A stretch of 64,000 nt of DNA from an uncultured Gemmatimonadales bacterium (GCA_963741945.1 CAVUKA010000005.1:480001-544000), one strand, 5' to 3'; shown: positions 8,169 to 18,196, counted from the first letter of the stretch. The notes: a model not told the origin generated them from the sequence alone. Numbers and translations: made by a program.

Positions 8169-9442
8169 TGCCCCGCTCCACCAGCCTGCCCACCCGTCCC
8201 CGCCGGGGCCATCCCGTGGGCTCGCCGCAGCTCCGCCGCCTGCGCTTTCATCTCGATCAGGTTGGTCAGCAGCTCGTAGTTGCCATGCCACTGCACATAG
8301 TCGGGACCGCCCATGAACGCGGCGTGCTTGGCCGTCCGCCCGAAGTAGTGCCAGTAGTTGAAATACGTGAAGTCGATCGGCTCATCGAACGGCTTCGGCG
8401 TGAGCAGCCCCTCCGCCCGCAGCCCCTCCATGACCTGCTGCGCCTCCCGCACCTTCTCGTTCGTTGAGGCCACCACCCGCTCGGCGCGCACGTAGAAGCT
8501 GTCCGTGTGCGCCAGCGTGTGGCAGTTGGCACACATTTCCTTCATGTTCGCCTGCCCCTGCAGGTACGTCGGCCGCCGCTCACTCACCTCCGCGAACAGC
8601 CACCAGCTCAGCCGCTCCGTCACGTCGTGCGTCATGCTCGCGCCGCCCAGCCCGCTCATGTGGCACGTGCTGCACGTCGGCACCGGCATGTCCTCCACCG
8701 TGAGCGTCTTCGGGTCCGCATCGAGGTTCATCTCGTTCCGCTGCGCCTCGAACAGGACACCGTGCTTCGATTCCTCGTATATCTCGATCTGCGAATGGTC
8801 CGGCCCCAGGTGGCACTGGCCGCACGTTCGCGGCTGCCGCGCCAGCGCCACCGACGCCATGTGGCGACCGTGGCACACCGTGCACGTGCCGAGGCTCCCA
8901 TCCGCGTTCGGCTTCCCCACCGAGTGGCACGCCTCGCAACCCGACTCCGCGGCACTCTCCCCCTCCAGCGCCGTCAGCGGGTTGGGCGCACGCTTCACCG
9001 CCCCGGGGTGATACCGCTCCGCGAACTCCACCTGCTCATCCGTGAACGGAGCCGCCCCATGAATGGCCGCGAACGCGGGCGCCGCGTGACGGCTCCGCAG
9101 GTACTCCCGGTACTGCTTGGCATGGCACTGCTCGCAGTTCAGCGCCGTCACCGTGGTCGCGATCACGAACCCGTTGTGCTCCAGACCCACCTGACCTTCC
9201 ACCGGTTGGTGACAGTCCAGACACGTGGTCCCCACCCGCGCGTGCCCGCTCTGCTCGTACTCGAGCACGATCGCCGCCGTCTCCTCACGGTGGCACGACG
9301 CGCACTTCCCCGTGGCCGCCACCAGCTCCGGCGACGGCTGCTCCACTTCCAGCCGTGGCCGCCTCGCGTTCACCAGGAACGCCGCCACCAGCAGCGCAGT
9401 GCCAATGAAGACAGCGAGAAACACCGAGCGGAACAGCGTCAT
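8165..9442 (-). CDS. octaheme c-type cytochrome, hydroxylamine oxidoreductase (HAO)-fold family
   Basis: 8 CxxCH motifs (CASCH, CLDCH, CEQCH, CEACH, CTVCH, CGQCH, CSTCH, CANCH). HAO-like CxxCHxGPDH..EIYxxSKHG and PTCxxCHM. N-terminal membrane anchor or signal. Confidence 0.88.
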   Translation of the reverse strand: MTLFRSVFLAVFIGTALLVAAFLVNARRPRLEVEQPSPELVAATGKCASCHREETAAIVLEYEQSGHARVGTTCLDCHQPVEGQVGLEHNGFVIATTVTALNCEQCHAKQYREYLRSRHAAPAFAAIHGAAPFTDEQVEFAERYHPGAVKRAPNPLTALEGESAAESGCEACHSVGKPNADGSLGTCTVCHGRHMASVALARQPRTCGQCHLGPDHSQIEIYEESKHGVLFEAQRNEMNLDADPKTLTVEDMPVPTCSTCHMSGLGGASMTHDVTERLSWWLFAEVSERRPTYLQGQANMKEMCANCHTLAHTDSFYVRAERVVASTNEKVREAQQVMEGLRAEGLLTPKPFDEPIDFTYFNYWHYFGRTAKHAAFMGGPDYVQWHGNYELLTNLIEMKAQAAELRRAHGMAPAGTGGQAGGAGQ

Positions 9443-9621
9443 CGTCCACCCTTCCTTCGAAGGATTCGAGCCATGGGAACGTCACGATGCCAGGTGCCCT
9501 TCGCATGCGCCAGTGGGGCCTTCCACCACAGCCCCCCGGCCCAGAATCAGGTGAACCCCTACAGACAGGGAGGCCATTAAGGACAAGGTTATGCGGAATA
9601 ACGGCAACGAAAGTGGCGCAC

Positions 9622-10833
9622 ATGAGACGAATGGCGGGGGCGGTGCTGCTGGCGCTGGCGGCGGCGGGAGCGGCGGCGGCGCAGAGCGTGGAGCTCGGGG
9701 GCGAAGTGCGGCCGCGGATCGAGTGGCGGGATCCGGTGAACGGGGGGGAGGGGGCGGGCTCCCACACGCTGGACATGACGAGCATGCGGACGCGCGTGTC
9801 GGCGCTGGCCGAGCTCAGGGGGGGTGCGCGAGCGTTCGTGCAGCTTCAGGATGTTCGCCTGTGGGGTGGCGAGGCGTCGACCACGGATGGATCTGCGGAC
9901 GCGCTCGATCTGCATCAGGGCTGGGTGGAGCTGGGGAGTCCGGAGGCTTCGACGTGGACGGCGCGGGCGGGGCGGCAGGAGCTGGCGTACGGTGATGAGC
10001 GGCTCGTGGGCGCTCTGAACTGGGCGCAGCAGGCGCGCTCGTTCGACGGCCTGCGTCTGCGCTACCGCGGCACTGGTGTGGTGGTGGACGGGCTGGCGAT
10101 GTCGTTGGGAGAGCGGGAGGCCGGCACGGGGGACGCTGCGCTCTACGGCGTGTACGGCAGGCTGGGGGAATCCGGTTCAGTGCAGGCGTACGTGCTGTAC
10201 AACAGTGCCGACGCGTTGCGGGCGGATCCTGCACGAGAAGTGGACGTCACGGACCAGTACACGTTGGGTGGACGGTGGGCGGCGGCGCGGGGCCGCTGGG
10301 ACTGGCGAGTCGAGGGCGCCTATCAGCTGGGCGAGCGATCGATGGAGGACGTGTCGGCGTATCTGTTCGCGGCCAAAGCGGGAGCCGCGGTGACGCAGGC
10401 GTGGCGGGTGGGTGTCCTGTACGACCGGCTGTCGGGGGATGATGATCCGGCGGACGGCACCGTTCGCGTGTTCGACACGCTGTTCGCGACGAACCACAAG
10501 TTCTACGGGTACATGGACCTCTTCCTGAACATCCCGGTCCAGACGGCCGGCCGAGGTCTCCAGGACGTGGGGGTGGAGTCGGGCTACGTGGTGACGCCCG
10601 ATCTCTCGCTGGGATTGAACGGGCATACGTTCGCGCTGGCCGCGGCGAGCGGCGTGGGCAGCGCGCACCTGGGGGAGGAGATCGATCTGACCGCACGGTG
10701 GAGCTACGCACCGGGCGTAGTGCTGACGGGCGGGGCATCGTATTTCGCCGCGGGGGCGGCGTGGACGGATGTCCTCGGCCACGCGGAAGACCACCAGGGG
10801 TGGCTCTACGTCATGCTCGACGTGGCGTTCTGA
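9622..10833 (+). CDS. alginate-export-domain outer-membrane porin
   Basis: signal peptide, GEVRPRIE, GRQELAYGDERLVG..W...RSFDG, SGDDD, FATNHKFYGYMD, terminal Phe. Confidence 0.85.
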   Translation: MRRMAGAVLLALAAAGAAAAQSVELGGEVRPRIEWRDPVNGGEGAGSHTLDMTSMRTRVSALAELRGGARAFVQLQDVRLWGGEASTTDGSADALDLHQGWVELGSPEASTWTARAGRQELAYGDERLVGALNWAQQARSFDGLRLRYRGTGVVVDGLAMSLGEREAGTGDAALYGVYGRLGESGSVQAYVLYNSADALRADPAREVDVTDQYTLGGRWAAARGRWDWRVEGAYQLGERSMEDVSAYLFAAKAGAAVTQAWRVGVLYDRLSGDDDPADGTVRVFDTLFATNHKFYGYMDLFLNIPVQTAGRGLQDVGVESGYVVTPDLSLGLNGHTFALAAASGVGSAHLGEEIDLTARWSYAPGVVLTGGASYFAAGAAWTDVLGHAEDHQGWLYVMLDVAF

Positions 10834-11491
10834 CGTCCAGGCGGAGGATGGCGACGAGGTCGGCCGGGTGGTCGATCACGACCGCGCCTGCCTGGCGCGC
10901 GCGCTCCGCGAAATCCGCGCGTTCGTCCTGCTCCCGTGCCCAGAGGGCTGTCACGGGGCGTACGCCCGCGGCCTGGGCGGCGCGGATGTCGGTCATGGTG
11001 TCGCCCACGTAGAAGGAGCTGGCGGGATCGGCGCCCATGCGCTCGACGGCGAGATGGAGCCCGTGCGGGTCCGGCTTCGGGGCGCGCACATCGTCATCGA
11101 ACACGAGCATGTCGAACTCGCCCAGGGTGATGGCGGCACGGGTGATGTCCCACGCGCGGCGGCTCTTCCCCGTGACCAGCCCCAGGGGGAGGCCTGAACT
11201 CCGGATCCGGTCGAGGAGCCCGGGGATGCCGGGGTAGACGCCTTCGAACATGTCCGGGTGGAGGCGCTGGTAAGCGCCATAGAAGTCCTCGACACAGGCG
11301 TCCAGGTCCGCCTCCGCCACCACGGCCCGGAGGAAGGCCAGCTCCGACGTGGGTCGCAGCGCCATGATGTCCTCGCGGGACAGGTCCTCGCGGACATACG
11401 GCTCCACGGCGACACGATACGCTTCCAGGTAGAGCGCCTTCGTGGCAATGAGGGTCCCATCGAGATCGAACAGTACTGCGGTGCCGGACAT
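10811..11491 (-). CDS. HAD-superfamily hydrolase (phosphoglycolate phosphatase/PpaX-like)
   Basis: FDLDGTL motif I, VTGK, PKPDP, YVGD, with GAGGAG RBS. Confidence 0.9.
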   Translation of the reverse strand: MSGTAVLFDLDGTLIATKALYLEAYRVAVEPYVREDLSREDIMALRPTSELAFLRAVVAEADLDACVEDFYGAYQRLHPDMFEGVYPGIPGLLDRIRSSGLPLGLVTGKSRRAWDITRAAITLGEFDMLVFDDDVRAPKPDPHGLHLAVERMGADPASSFYVGDTMTDIRAAQAAGVRPVTALWAREQDERADFAERARQAGAVVIDHPADLVAILRLDVRTPRRA

Positions 11492-11617
11492 GCTCTCCTC
11501 GCGCCACGTGGTCATCGCCCCGCCGCCGGAGGATGGACGGAGCGCTCCGGGGGGTCAACGGCGGGCCATGGATCGCACGTGCCAGCGGGGCGGGAATGGA
11601 TGCAGCGTGGCCCCTGC

Positions 11618-12610
11618 TCAGGGAACGGCGCCCGTCTCTGTCGGCTCGGATGTTCCGGACCGGGCACCCGCGTCGGCTCCGGTGGCCACGCGGCCCACGC
11701 CCCGGTGGATCAGCACCGGGCGTCGGGTCCCACGGATGACCTTGTCGGCCACGCTGCCCAGGATCAGGCGACGCAGCCCGCCCCGACCGTGCGTGCCGAG
11801 CACGATCAGGTCCGAGTCCAGCTTGTCGGCGGTATCGAGGATGGCGGGGGCCGGCTGATAGTCCACCATCACCCGGGTCTCCACCGTGTGGCCGGCCAGC
11901 CAGTCCTGCGCGGCCACCCGCTGCAGGTAGCCGCGCATGTGGGCTTCGCGGGCCTCGATCTCCTCGTGCGTCAGCTGGATCGTATGGGGCAGATAGGGGG
12001 AAGCGGCCGCCACGGGCGGCTGCAACACGTGGAGCAGGACCACGGATGCTTCATCGGTCAGGCCCATGTCCAGCGCATCGCGCAGAGCGCGCTCCGCGGT
12101 ATCGCTCCCGTCCAGCGCCACCAGGATCCGCTCGAAGCGCCGGTCCGTGCCGCCCGTGATCTCACGCGTGTGCTCGGAGGGCCGGATCAGGAGCAGCGGC
12201 GCCATGCAGTGTCGCAGCAGGCTGTCGGCGGTGCTTCCGAGCCACGCGCGCTGCAGGCCGCCCCGCCCGTGCGTGGTCATCACGACGAGCTCGACGCCCT
12301 GCCCTTCCGCATACCGTGAAAGGGCCACGGCCACATTGCCGCGGAGCAGTGCGGGGCGCACGGGGAGTCCGGAGCTGGCCACCCGCTCGGTGAGGTCCTC
12401 GATATAGGCGGCGTCCAGGTCACGCTGCTCGGCGTGCTGCGCTTCCACCGTATCCGCGAGCGGATGGTTCGGCCCCACGAGGTCGGCCGGTACGTGGACG
12501 AGGGCAAGGTGGATGGTCGCGGCCGTGCGACGCGCGATCCCGAGGGCGTATGGGAGGGCGTGCTCGGCGAAGTTGGAGCCGTCGACGGGAACCAGGACCG
12601 ATCTCGGCAT
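11618..12610 (-). CDS. tandem-domain universal stress protein
   Basis: two USP domains (VLVPVDGS...THGRGG...GSTA and ILVALDGS...THGRGG...GSVA). Confidence 0.93.
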   Translation of the reverse strand: MPRSVLVPVDGSNFAEHALPYALGIARRTAATIHLALVHVPADLVGPNHPLADTVEAQHAEQRDLDAAYIEDLTERVASSGLPVRPALLRGNVAVALSRYAEGQGVELVVMTTHGRGGLQRAWLGSTADSLLRHCMAPLLLIRPSEHTREITGGTDRRFERILVALDGSDTAERALRDALDMGLTDEASVVLLHVLQPPVAAASPYLPHTIQLTHEEIEAREAHMRGYLQRVAAQDWLAGHTVETRVMVDYQPAPAILDTADKLDSDLIVLGTHGRGGLRRLILGSVADKVIRGTRRPVLIHRGVGRVATGADAGARSGTSEPTETGAVP

Positions 12611-12791
12611 GGCGGGCCTCCGCCCCGACTGAAGTTGAAAATGGGGCCCGACGGCGACTCTCCGGCGAAGCCCCTACCCGCGCGCCGCGGACCCCATTTC
12701 CAAATTGTGGATTCAAGATGGTGTCTCGATCGCCGTGGAACAGTCGGGGGCTGGATGAAATTCCTGTGGGAGTATTCCCGACCCGCTCCGT

Positions 12792-14282
12792 TCAGTTGGC
12801 TGGAACGGTGCGGCCGTGCGCCCAGGCGCGGAGGGCGCCGATGCGCTCGCGGGCGGTGCTGGCCAGCGGCCGGGTCCGGGCGATCTCGGCAAGGAGCGCC
12901 CCCTGGCTGAGCGGCTTCCCGCTGGCGAAGGCGGTGTACAGCGCGCTGATGATCACCTGCTCGATTTCGGCGCCGGTGAAGGATGGGGCGGCGTCGGCCA
13001 GCGCGTCGAGGTCGAAGTCAGCGGGTTCGTGATTCCTGCGGGCGAGGTGGATGCGGAAGATGTCGCATCGGCCGGCGGCATCGGGGAAGTCGACGAAGAA
13101 GACCTCGTCGAAGCGACCCTTGCGCAGGAACTCGGGGGGCAGCCGCTGGACGTCGTTGGCGGTGGCGACGACGAACACGTCGGCGCGCCGGTCCTGCATC
13201 CAGCCGAGAAACGTCCCGAGCACGCGCGTGGATACGCCCCCGTCCTCGCTCCCGCCTTCCGCGAACGCCTTTTCCAGCTCATCGATCCAGAGCACCACGG
13301 GCGCCATGCGCTCGGCCGTCTCCATGGCGCGCCGGAAGTTCCTCTCCGTCTCGCCGATGTACTTGTTGTAGAGCGCCGACGGGTCGAGCTTCAGGAGCGG
13401 CAGCATCCATTCGCTGGCCACTGCCTTGGCGCACAACGACTTCCCCGCGCCCGGGACGCCCACGAGCAGGATCCCCTTCGGGAACTCCAGTCCGAAGCCG
13501 CGCGCCCGCTGCGGGTCGCGGATCAGCGCGCTCCGCTTCTCGAGCCAGCCCTTCAGCCCGGCCAGATCCGCGACATCGGCCAGCGCTTCTTCCACCGGGT
13601 AGTACTCGAGCAGACCGTCCCGCTCCACGAGCTCCCGTTTGCGCTCCAGCACGGCGGCGATGTCGTCCGCGCTCAGCCGCCCATCCTCGACGATGGCCCG
13701 GGTGAGCGCCTTCTGCGCTTCGATGAGCGTGAGCCCGCGCAGGTTGGCGTACAGGCGCCGGAGCTCGTCGGGCTTCAGCTCCACGGCCACGTCCTGGCGC
13801 TGCCGGAGGTCGCGCAGGATGCGTCCGAGCAGCTCGTGGTAGTCCGCGTCTTCGGGCGGCGCGAGGCGAACCACCGCGGCGCGCAACCGAACGGGCTCCG
13901 GCAGCGACAGCCCGGAGCCGGTGAGGATGATGATCCCGGGGATGACCTCGCACGCCCGGGCGGCGTCCGCCAGCGCGGCACTCACCCCGGGATCGCCGAG
14001 GAACGGCCCGAGGCCGCGGAAGTGGTACACGGCGGGGAATGCGGCGCGCTCCACGTGCGCCAGCGCAGCCTGCGGCGACTGCGTGCCGTAGACCGGCCCA
14101 TCGGCGTCGTCGCGGCGCAGCCCGTGGGTGGCCGTCCAGGCGAGCCGGGGGGTACCCAGCCGATCGGCGAGGTGGCGGAGCAGGGTGCTGGCGCGGTCTT
14201 CGTCGTCGGTGTCCAGCACGGCGAGGCCGTGGTTGGAGCGGACGAGGAGGGCGAGCTCCTCCAGGGGATCCGGCGTTCTCAT
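12792..14282 (-). CDS. AAA+ ATPase, Ycf46-like
   Basis: GILLVGVPGAGKSL, LWIDELEK, VATANDVQRLPPEFLRKGRFDEVFFVD. Confidence 0.9.
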   Translation of the reverse strand: MRTPDPLEELALLVRSNHGLAVLDTDDEDRASTLLRHLADRLGTPRLAWTATHGLRRDDADGPVYGTQSPQAALAHVERAAFPAVYHFRGLGPFLGDPGVSAALADAARACEVIPGIIILTGSGLSLPEPVRLRAAVVRLAPPEDADYHELLGRILRDLRQRQDVAVELKPDELRRLYANLRGLTLIEAQKALTRAIVEDGRLSADDIAAVLERKRELVERDGLLEYYPVEEALADVADLAGLKGWLEKRSALIRDPQRARGFGLEFPKGILLVGVPGAGKSLCAKAVASEWMLPLLKLDPSALYNKYIGETERNFRRAMETAERMAPVVLWIDELEKAFAEGGSEDGGVSTRVLGTFLGWMQDRRADVFVVATANDVQRLPPEFLRKGRFDEVFFVDFPDAAGRCDIFRIHLARRNHEPADFDLDALADAAPSFTGAEIEQVIISALYTAFASGKPLSQGALLAEIARTRPLASTARERIGALRAWAHGRTVPAN

Positions 14283-14464
14283 GGGGGTGAATCGTACGGC
14301 CGGAAGTCCGCGCGGTAAACCGTCGGCGAGCGCGCGGCAGGTGCGGCGGTTGACGACGCCACGGCCGCCGGCGCAGAATGAGCATGCTCTCACCGGTGTC
14401 CAGCGGCCGGAGGCCCACTCCGCCGGCCGGCGCGCCGTGGCCCTTCCTTCCACCCCGAGCGCCC

Positions 14465-14914
14465 GTGTCGACACTCGAACCCGTCCGACCCGCCTTTCGC
14501 GAGCTGGCCCGAGCCATCGTCCCGGAAGCGTCCGCCCTGGATGCGGCCGGCTGGCAGGAGCTCGAGTCCATTGTCGAAGAAGCGCTGGCCGCCCGTCCGC
14601 CCTCGATGCGGCGCCAGCTGGTGCTCTTCATCCGCGTGCTCATGGCGCTGCCGGTGTTCCGCTGGGGACGGGGCTTCCGGCAGCTCGACGACGCGCGCCG
14701 CGCGCGCTTCCTGGCGAGCGTTCAGAACTCGCCCGTCTTCCTCCTGCGCCGCGGCTTCTGGGGTCTGAGAACAATGGTGTACATGGGGTATTACGGCCGG
14801 CCGGCGGGCTACCGGGCCGTGGGCTACGACGCGCGGCTCCGCGGCTGGCTCGAGCACCCGGCGGCGCTGACGGATGCGCGGGTCGCCAGTGAACGGGAGC
14901 GCACGCATGAATGA
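14465..14914 (+). CDS. small GMC-associated protein, gluconate-2-dehydrogenase subunit 3-like
   Basis: LARAIVP...RRGFWGLRTMVYMGYYG...AVGYD. Overlaps the GMC gene start. Start codon uncertain. Confidence 0.65.
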   Translation: MSTLEPVRPAFRELARAIVPEASALDAAGWQELESIVEEALAARPPSMRRQLVLFIRVLMALPVFRWGRGFRQLDDARRARFLASVQNSPVFLLRRGFWGLRTMVYMGYYGRPAGYRAVGYDARLRGWLEHPAALTDARVASERERTHE

Positions 14915-16436
14915 CCGCACCCGCTACGACGTGGTGATCGTGGGCTCCGGCGCGGGAGGCGGCACGGTGGCGCAGTCGCTGGCGCCCCTCGTCGCCCAGG
15001 GCAGGCGGGTACTCCTGCTCGAGCAGGGTCCTCGCGTGGACGCGGACGAGATGAGCGGTCGCGAGCTGGAGATGGCATCGGCGCTGTACGAGGACGATGG
15101 CGGATTCCTCACCGCCGACGGCTCGATGACGCTGGCGTTCGGGCGCGCGTACGGCGGCAGCACACTGGTGTACACGGGGACCAGCCTCCTGCCGCCGAAG
15201 CGGGTGATCGAGCACTGGGGCGTTCCGGGCCTCGACCACGCCGATCTGCAGGCGCGCGCGGAGCGCTACGCCGTGGCCAACAACGTCCACCTCATCCCGC
15301 CGGAGCTGATCAACGACAACAACCGGCTGTTCCGCGAAGGGTGTGAGGCGCTCGGGTGGGAAGCCGAGCAGTTCCCCGTGAACGTCCGTGGCTGCCTCGG
15401 CTCCTCGCTGTGCAACCTCGGCTGCCCGAACGGGGCGAAGATGGGGACGGCGTTCGTACAGCTTCCGGCGGCCGAGCACGCGGGGGTGGAAGTGGCGACG
15501 CGCGCGGAGGTGGTGCGTCTCGATCCGGAGCGGCGTCGCCTGCGGGTGCGGGTGAGCGCGCGCGCACCGGGCGCGAAGGGGCGGGTGGGCGAGTGGGCGC
15601 CCGGGGAGTACGACATCCAGGCGGGCATGGTGGTCGTGGCGGGGGGCTCCATCGGCTCGAGCGCGCTCCTGCTGCGATCGGGGCTGGGGCGGCAGCTGCC
15701 GACGCTCGGCCACGGCTTCACCTGTCACCCCGCGCACATCCTGGTGGGGGAGCATGCGGAGCCGATCACGAACGACGTGGGTCACCCGAAGAGCTATTTC
15801 CTGGATCGGTGGCAGGAGGGATACGTGCTCGAGACGTGCATGTACTTCCCGTTCATCACTGCCAAGAACCTGACGGGCTTCGGCGCTGCCCACAGCCGCC
15901 TCATGCGGGCGTTCCCCCGTCTGCAGATGATCCTGGTCCTTGCGCTGGACCGGGCGGTGCCGGAGAACCGGATCGAAGTGGACCGCGAGGGTCGGCCGGT
16001 GGTCCGCTACACCTTCTCGAAGGAAGTGGTGGATGCGCTCGTGGCGGCCACGCGCGCCTCCGCGCGGATCTTCTTCGCCGCGGGCGCGCTGCGGGTGCAC
16101 GCGCCGGAAGCGGAGCCGCAGCTCATCGAGCGGGGCGATGCGGAGCGCGTGGACGCGCTCATCACCCGCCGCAATTTCCGGACGGGCAAGATCAGCATCT
16201 CGGCCGCGCACCTCATGGGCGGGTGCGCCATGGGCACGGGTCCGCTGGACTCCGTGGCGGACGCGTGGGGGCGGGTCCACGGCCTCCCATGGCTGCGCGT
16301 GGCCGATTCTGCGCTCTTCCCCGACTCGCTCGAGATCAATCCGTACCTGACCATCATGGGTCTGGCGGACCGCGTGGCCGAGAAGCTCCGGGCCGAAGTG
16401 GCCGAGTTTCCGCCTGCCGAAGGGAGAGGCGTCTGA
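14907..16436 (+). CDS. GMC family flavin oxidoreductase
   Basis: DVVIVGSGAGG, GGSTLVY, Cys cluster GCLGSSLCNLGC, AHLMGGCAMG, INPYLTIM. Confidence 0.9.
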   Translation: MNDRTRYDVVIVGSGAGGGTVAQSLAPLVAQGRRVLLLEQGPRVDADEMSGRELEMASALYEDDGGFLTADGSMTLAFGRAYGGSTLVYTGTSLLPPKRVIEHWGVPGLDHADLQARAERYAVANNVHLIPPELINDNNRLFREGCEALGWEAEQFPVNVRGCLGSSLCNLGCPNGAKMGTAFVQLPAAEHAGVEVATRAEVVRLDPERRRLRVRVSARAPGAKGRVGEWAPGEYDIQAGMVVVAGGSIGSSALLLRSGLGRQLPTLGHGFTCHPAHILVGEHAEPITNDVGHPKSYFLDRWQEGYVLETCMYFPFITAKNLTGFGAAHSRLMRAFPRLQMILVLALDRAVPENRIEVDREGRPVVRYTFSKEVVDALVAATRASARIFFAAGALRVHAPEAEPQLIERGDAERVDALITRRNFRTGKISISAAHLMGGCAMGTGPLDSVADAWGRVHGLPWLRVADSALFPDSLEINPYLTIMGLADRVAEKLRAEVAEFPPAEGRGV

Positions 16437-18196
16437 TGAGCATCGCCGGATCGAAGCTGGTGGTTGCTGCGCTGGAGGACGAGGGCGTTCCGTTCACGTT
16501 CGGGATCCCTGGCACGCACAACATCGAGCTGTACGATGCCCTTGCCGAGTCCAGCTCGGTGCGGCCGATCCTGGTCACCGACGAGCAGAGCGCGTCCTTC
16601 ATGGCGGATGGGGTCTGGCGCGCCTCCGGGCGGCTCGGGTGCGTCAACGTCGTGCCGGGAGCCGGGCTCACGCATGCGATGTCCGGGATCGCCGAAGCGT
16701 GGATGGACTCCATTCCCATGCTCGTCCTGGGGTGCGGCATCCGGGGCGACACCGGGCATGGCTACCAGCTCCACGATGTCGACCAGGCCGCGATGGTGGC
16801 GCCCGTCACGAAAGCACAGCTGCGTCCGGAGTCCGGGGAAGCGCTCTACTCCACGGTGCGGGAGGCGTGCCGCCTCGCCCGCACCGGCGTGCCCGGCCCG
16901 GTTTTCGTGGAAGTCCCCGCCGACCTGTACCTGTTCACCCACGATGTCCGCCTCGGCGAGCAGCGGTCTCTGTTCCACGCGGGCGCGCCACGGCGGGCCG
17001 TGCCGGAGCCGGACGCGGCGGCCGTGGAGCGGGCGGTGGCGCTCCTCGCCCGCGCTCGCCAGCCACTCCTCTATCTCGGTCTGGGCGCCCTCCCCGCCGG
17101 TGACGACATCCTGGCGCTGGCCGAGCGGCTGGAAGCCCCCGTGGCCACCACCTTCCAGGGCAAGGGAGTCTTTCCCGAGACCCACCCCCTCTTCCTGTGG
17201 CCCGGCTTCGGCGACGCCGCGCCGCCGTTCGCGCGGAGGATCGCCGCCGACTGCGACGCCGTGCTGGCGATCGGGTGTCGATTCGGAGAGGTGGGCACCG
17301 GCAGCTACGGCCTGACGCTGCCGGGGCCGCTCGTGCACGTGGACGTGGACGCCGCCGTGCTCGGCCGCAACTACCCTGCGGAGATCGGGATCCACGCCGA
17401 CTCCGCGGCCACCGTGGCCGCGCTGCTGGGCGCGCTCCCCGAGCGCCCGGTGAGCCGGGATCTGCGACGTCGCATCGCGGCCGGACACCGGGAAGTCGAT
17501 GCCGCCTGGGCCGGCACCCTCACCGACCGCATCCGGCCGTTCGCGCTGCTGCGCGCGCTGCACGCCCGCTTCGGCCCCGGCACGACGTTCACTTCCGACA
17601 GCGGGAACGGCACCTTCCTCGCCATGGAGATCCTGCGCCTGGACGGACCCCGACAGTTCCTCGCACCGGTGGACTACTCGTGCATGGGCTATTCGGTCCC
17701 GGCCGCCATCGGCGCCAAGCTGGCGGCGCCCGATCGGCCCGTGGTTGCGCTGGCGGGCGATGGCGCCTTCCTCATGACGGGCCTCGAGATCCTCACGGCC
17801 CGAAACTACGGCGTGCCCGTGGCCATTTTCGTGCTCCGGGACAGGGAGCTGGCCCAGATCGCGCAATTCCAGGAGACGGCGCTGAACCGCAAGACGGCCA
17901 GCCGCGTGCACGACTACGAGCTGGGCGGCCTCTGTGAGGCGTTCGGACAGCTCGGCTGCTGTCTCAAGCTCAACACGGAAGCGGAGATCCCCGACGTGCT
18001 GGACCAGGTGGCCGCGGCGCTGGATGCGGGTCGGCCCGCGCTGGTGGACGTGGCCATCGACTACTCGGAGAAGACGTACTTCACCCGCGGCGTGGTGAAG
18101 ACCAATCTCCGGCGTCTCCCGTGGGCCGATCGGCTCCGGTTCATCGGCCGCGCGGTCGGCCGCCGCGTCCTGGGCGGCCAGGGTCCGGGCGGCTAG
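16436..18196 (+). CDS. thiamine-pyrophosphate-dependent enzyme (acetolactate synthase-like family)
   Basis: FGIPGTHN, DEQSASFMADG, PGPVFVEVP, MGYSVPAAIGAK, GDGAFLM, TGATG coupling. Confidence 0.9.
   Translation: MSIAGSKLVVAALEDEGVPFTFGIPGTHNIELYDALAESSSVRPILVTDEQSASFMADGVWRASGRLGCVNVVPGAGLTHAMSGIAEAWMDSIPMLVLGCGIRGDTGHGYQLHDVDQAAMVAPVTKAQLRPESGEALYSTVREACRLARTGVPGPVFVEVPADLYLFTHDVRLGEQRSLFHAGAPRRAVPEPDAAAVERAVALLARARQPLLYLGLGALPAGDDILALAERLEAPVATTFQGKGVFPETHPLFLWPGFGDAAPPFARRIAADCDAVLAIGCRFGEVGTGSYGLTLPGPLVHVDVDAAVLGRNYPAEIGIHADSAATVAALLGALPERPVSRDLRRRIAAGHREVDAAWAGTLTDRIRPFALLRALHARFGPGTTFTSDSGNGTFLAMEILRLDGPRQFLAPVDYSCMGYSVPAAIGAKLAAPDRPVVALAGDGAFLMTGLEILTARNYGVPVAIFVLRDRELAQIAQFQETALNRKTASRVHDYELGGLCEAFGQLGCCLKLNTEAEIPDVLDQVAAALDAGRPALVDVAIDYSEKTYFTRGVVKTNLRRLPWADRLRFIGRAVGRRVLGGQGPGG

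Noticed and set aside
8165-9442. Evidence for ammonia oxidation or anammox
   Set aside because: No amo, cycAB or hzs genes in the window, and the cross-link Tyr appears to be absent.
9575-9602. Rrf2/NsrR-like operator between the octaheme and porin genes
   Set aside because: AT-rich but not convincingly palindromic.
7700-10450. G-rich coding strands around the octaheme/porin divergence as a sign of horizontal transfer
   Set aside because: Similar G3/C3 swings occur in core genes (infC versus the adjacent ECF). There are no mobility genes or flanking repeats, and the effect cannot be quantified by eye.
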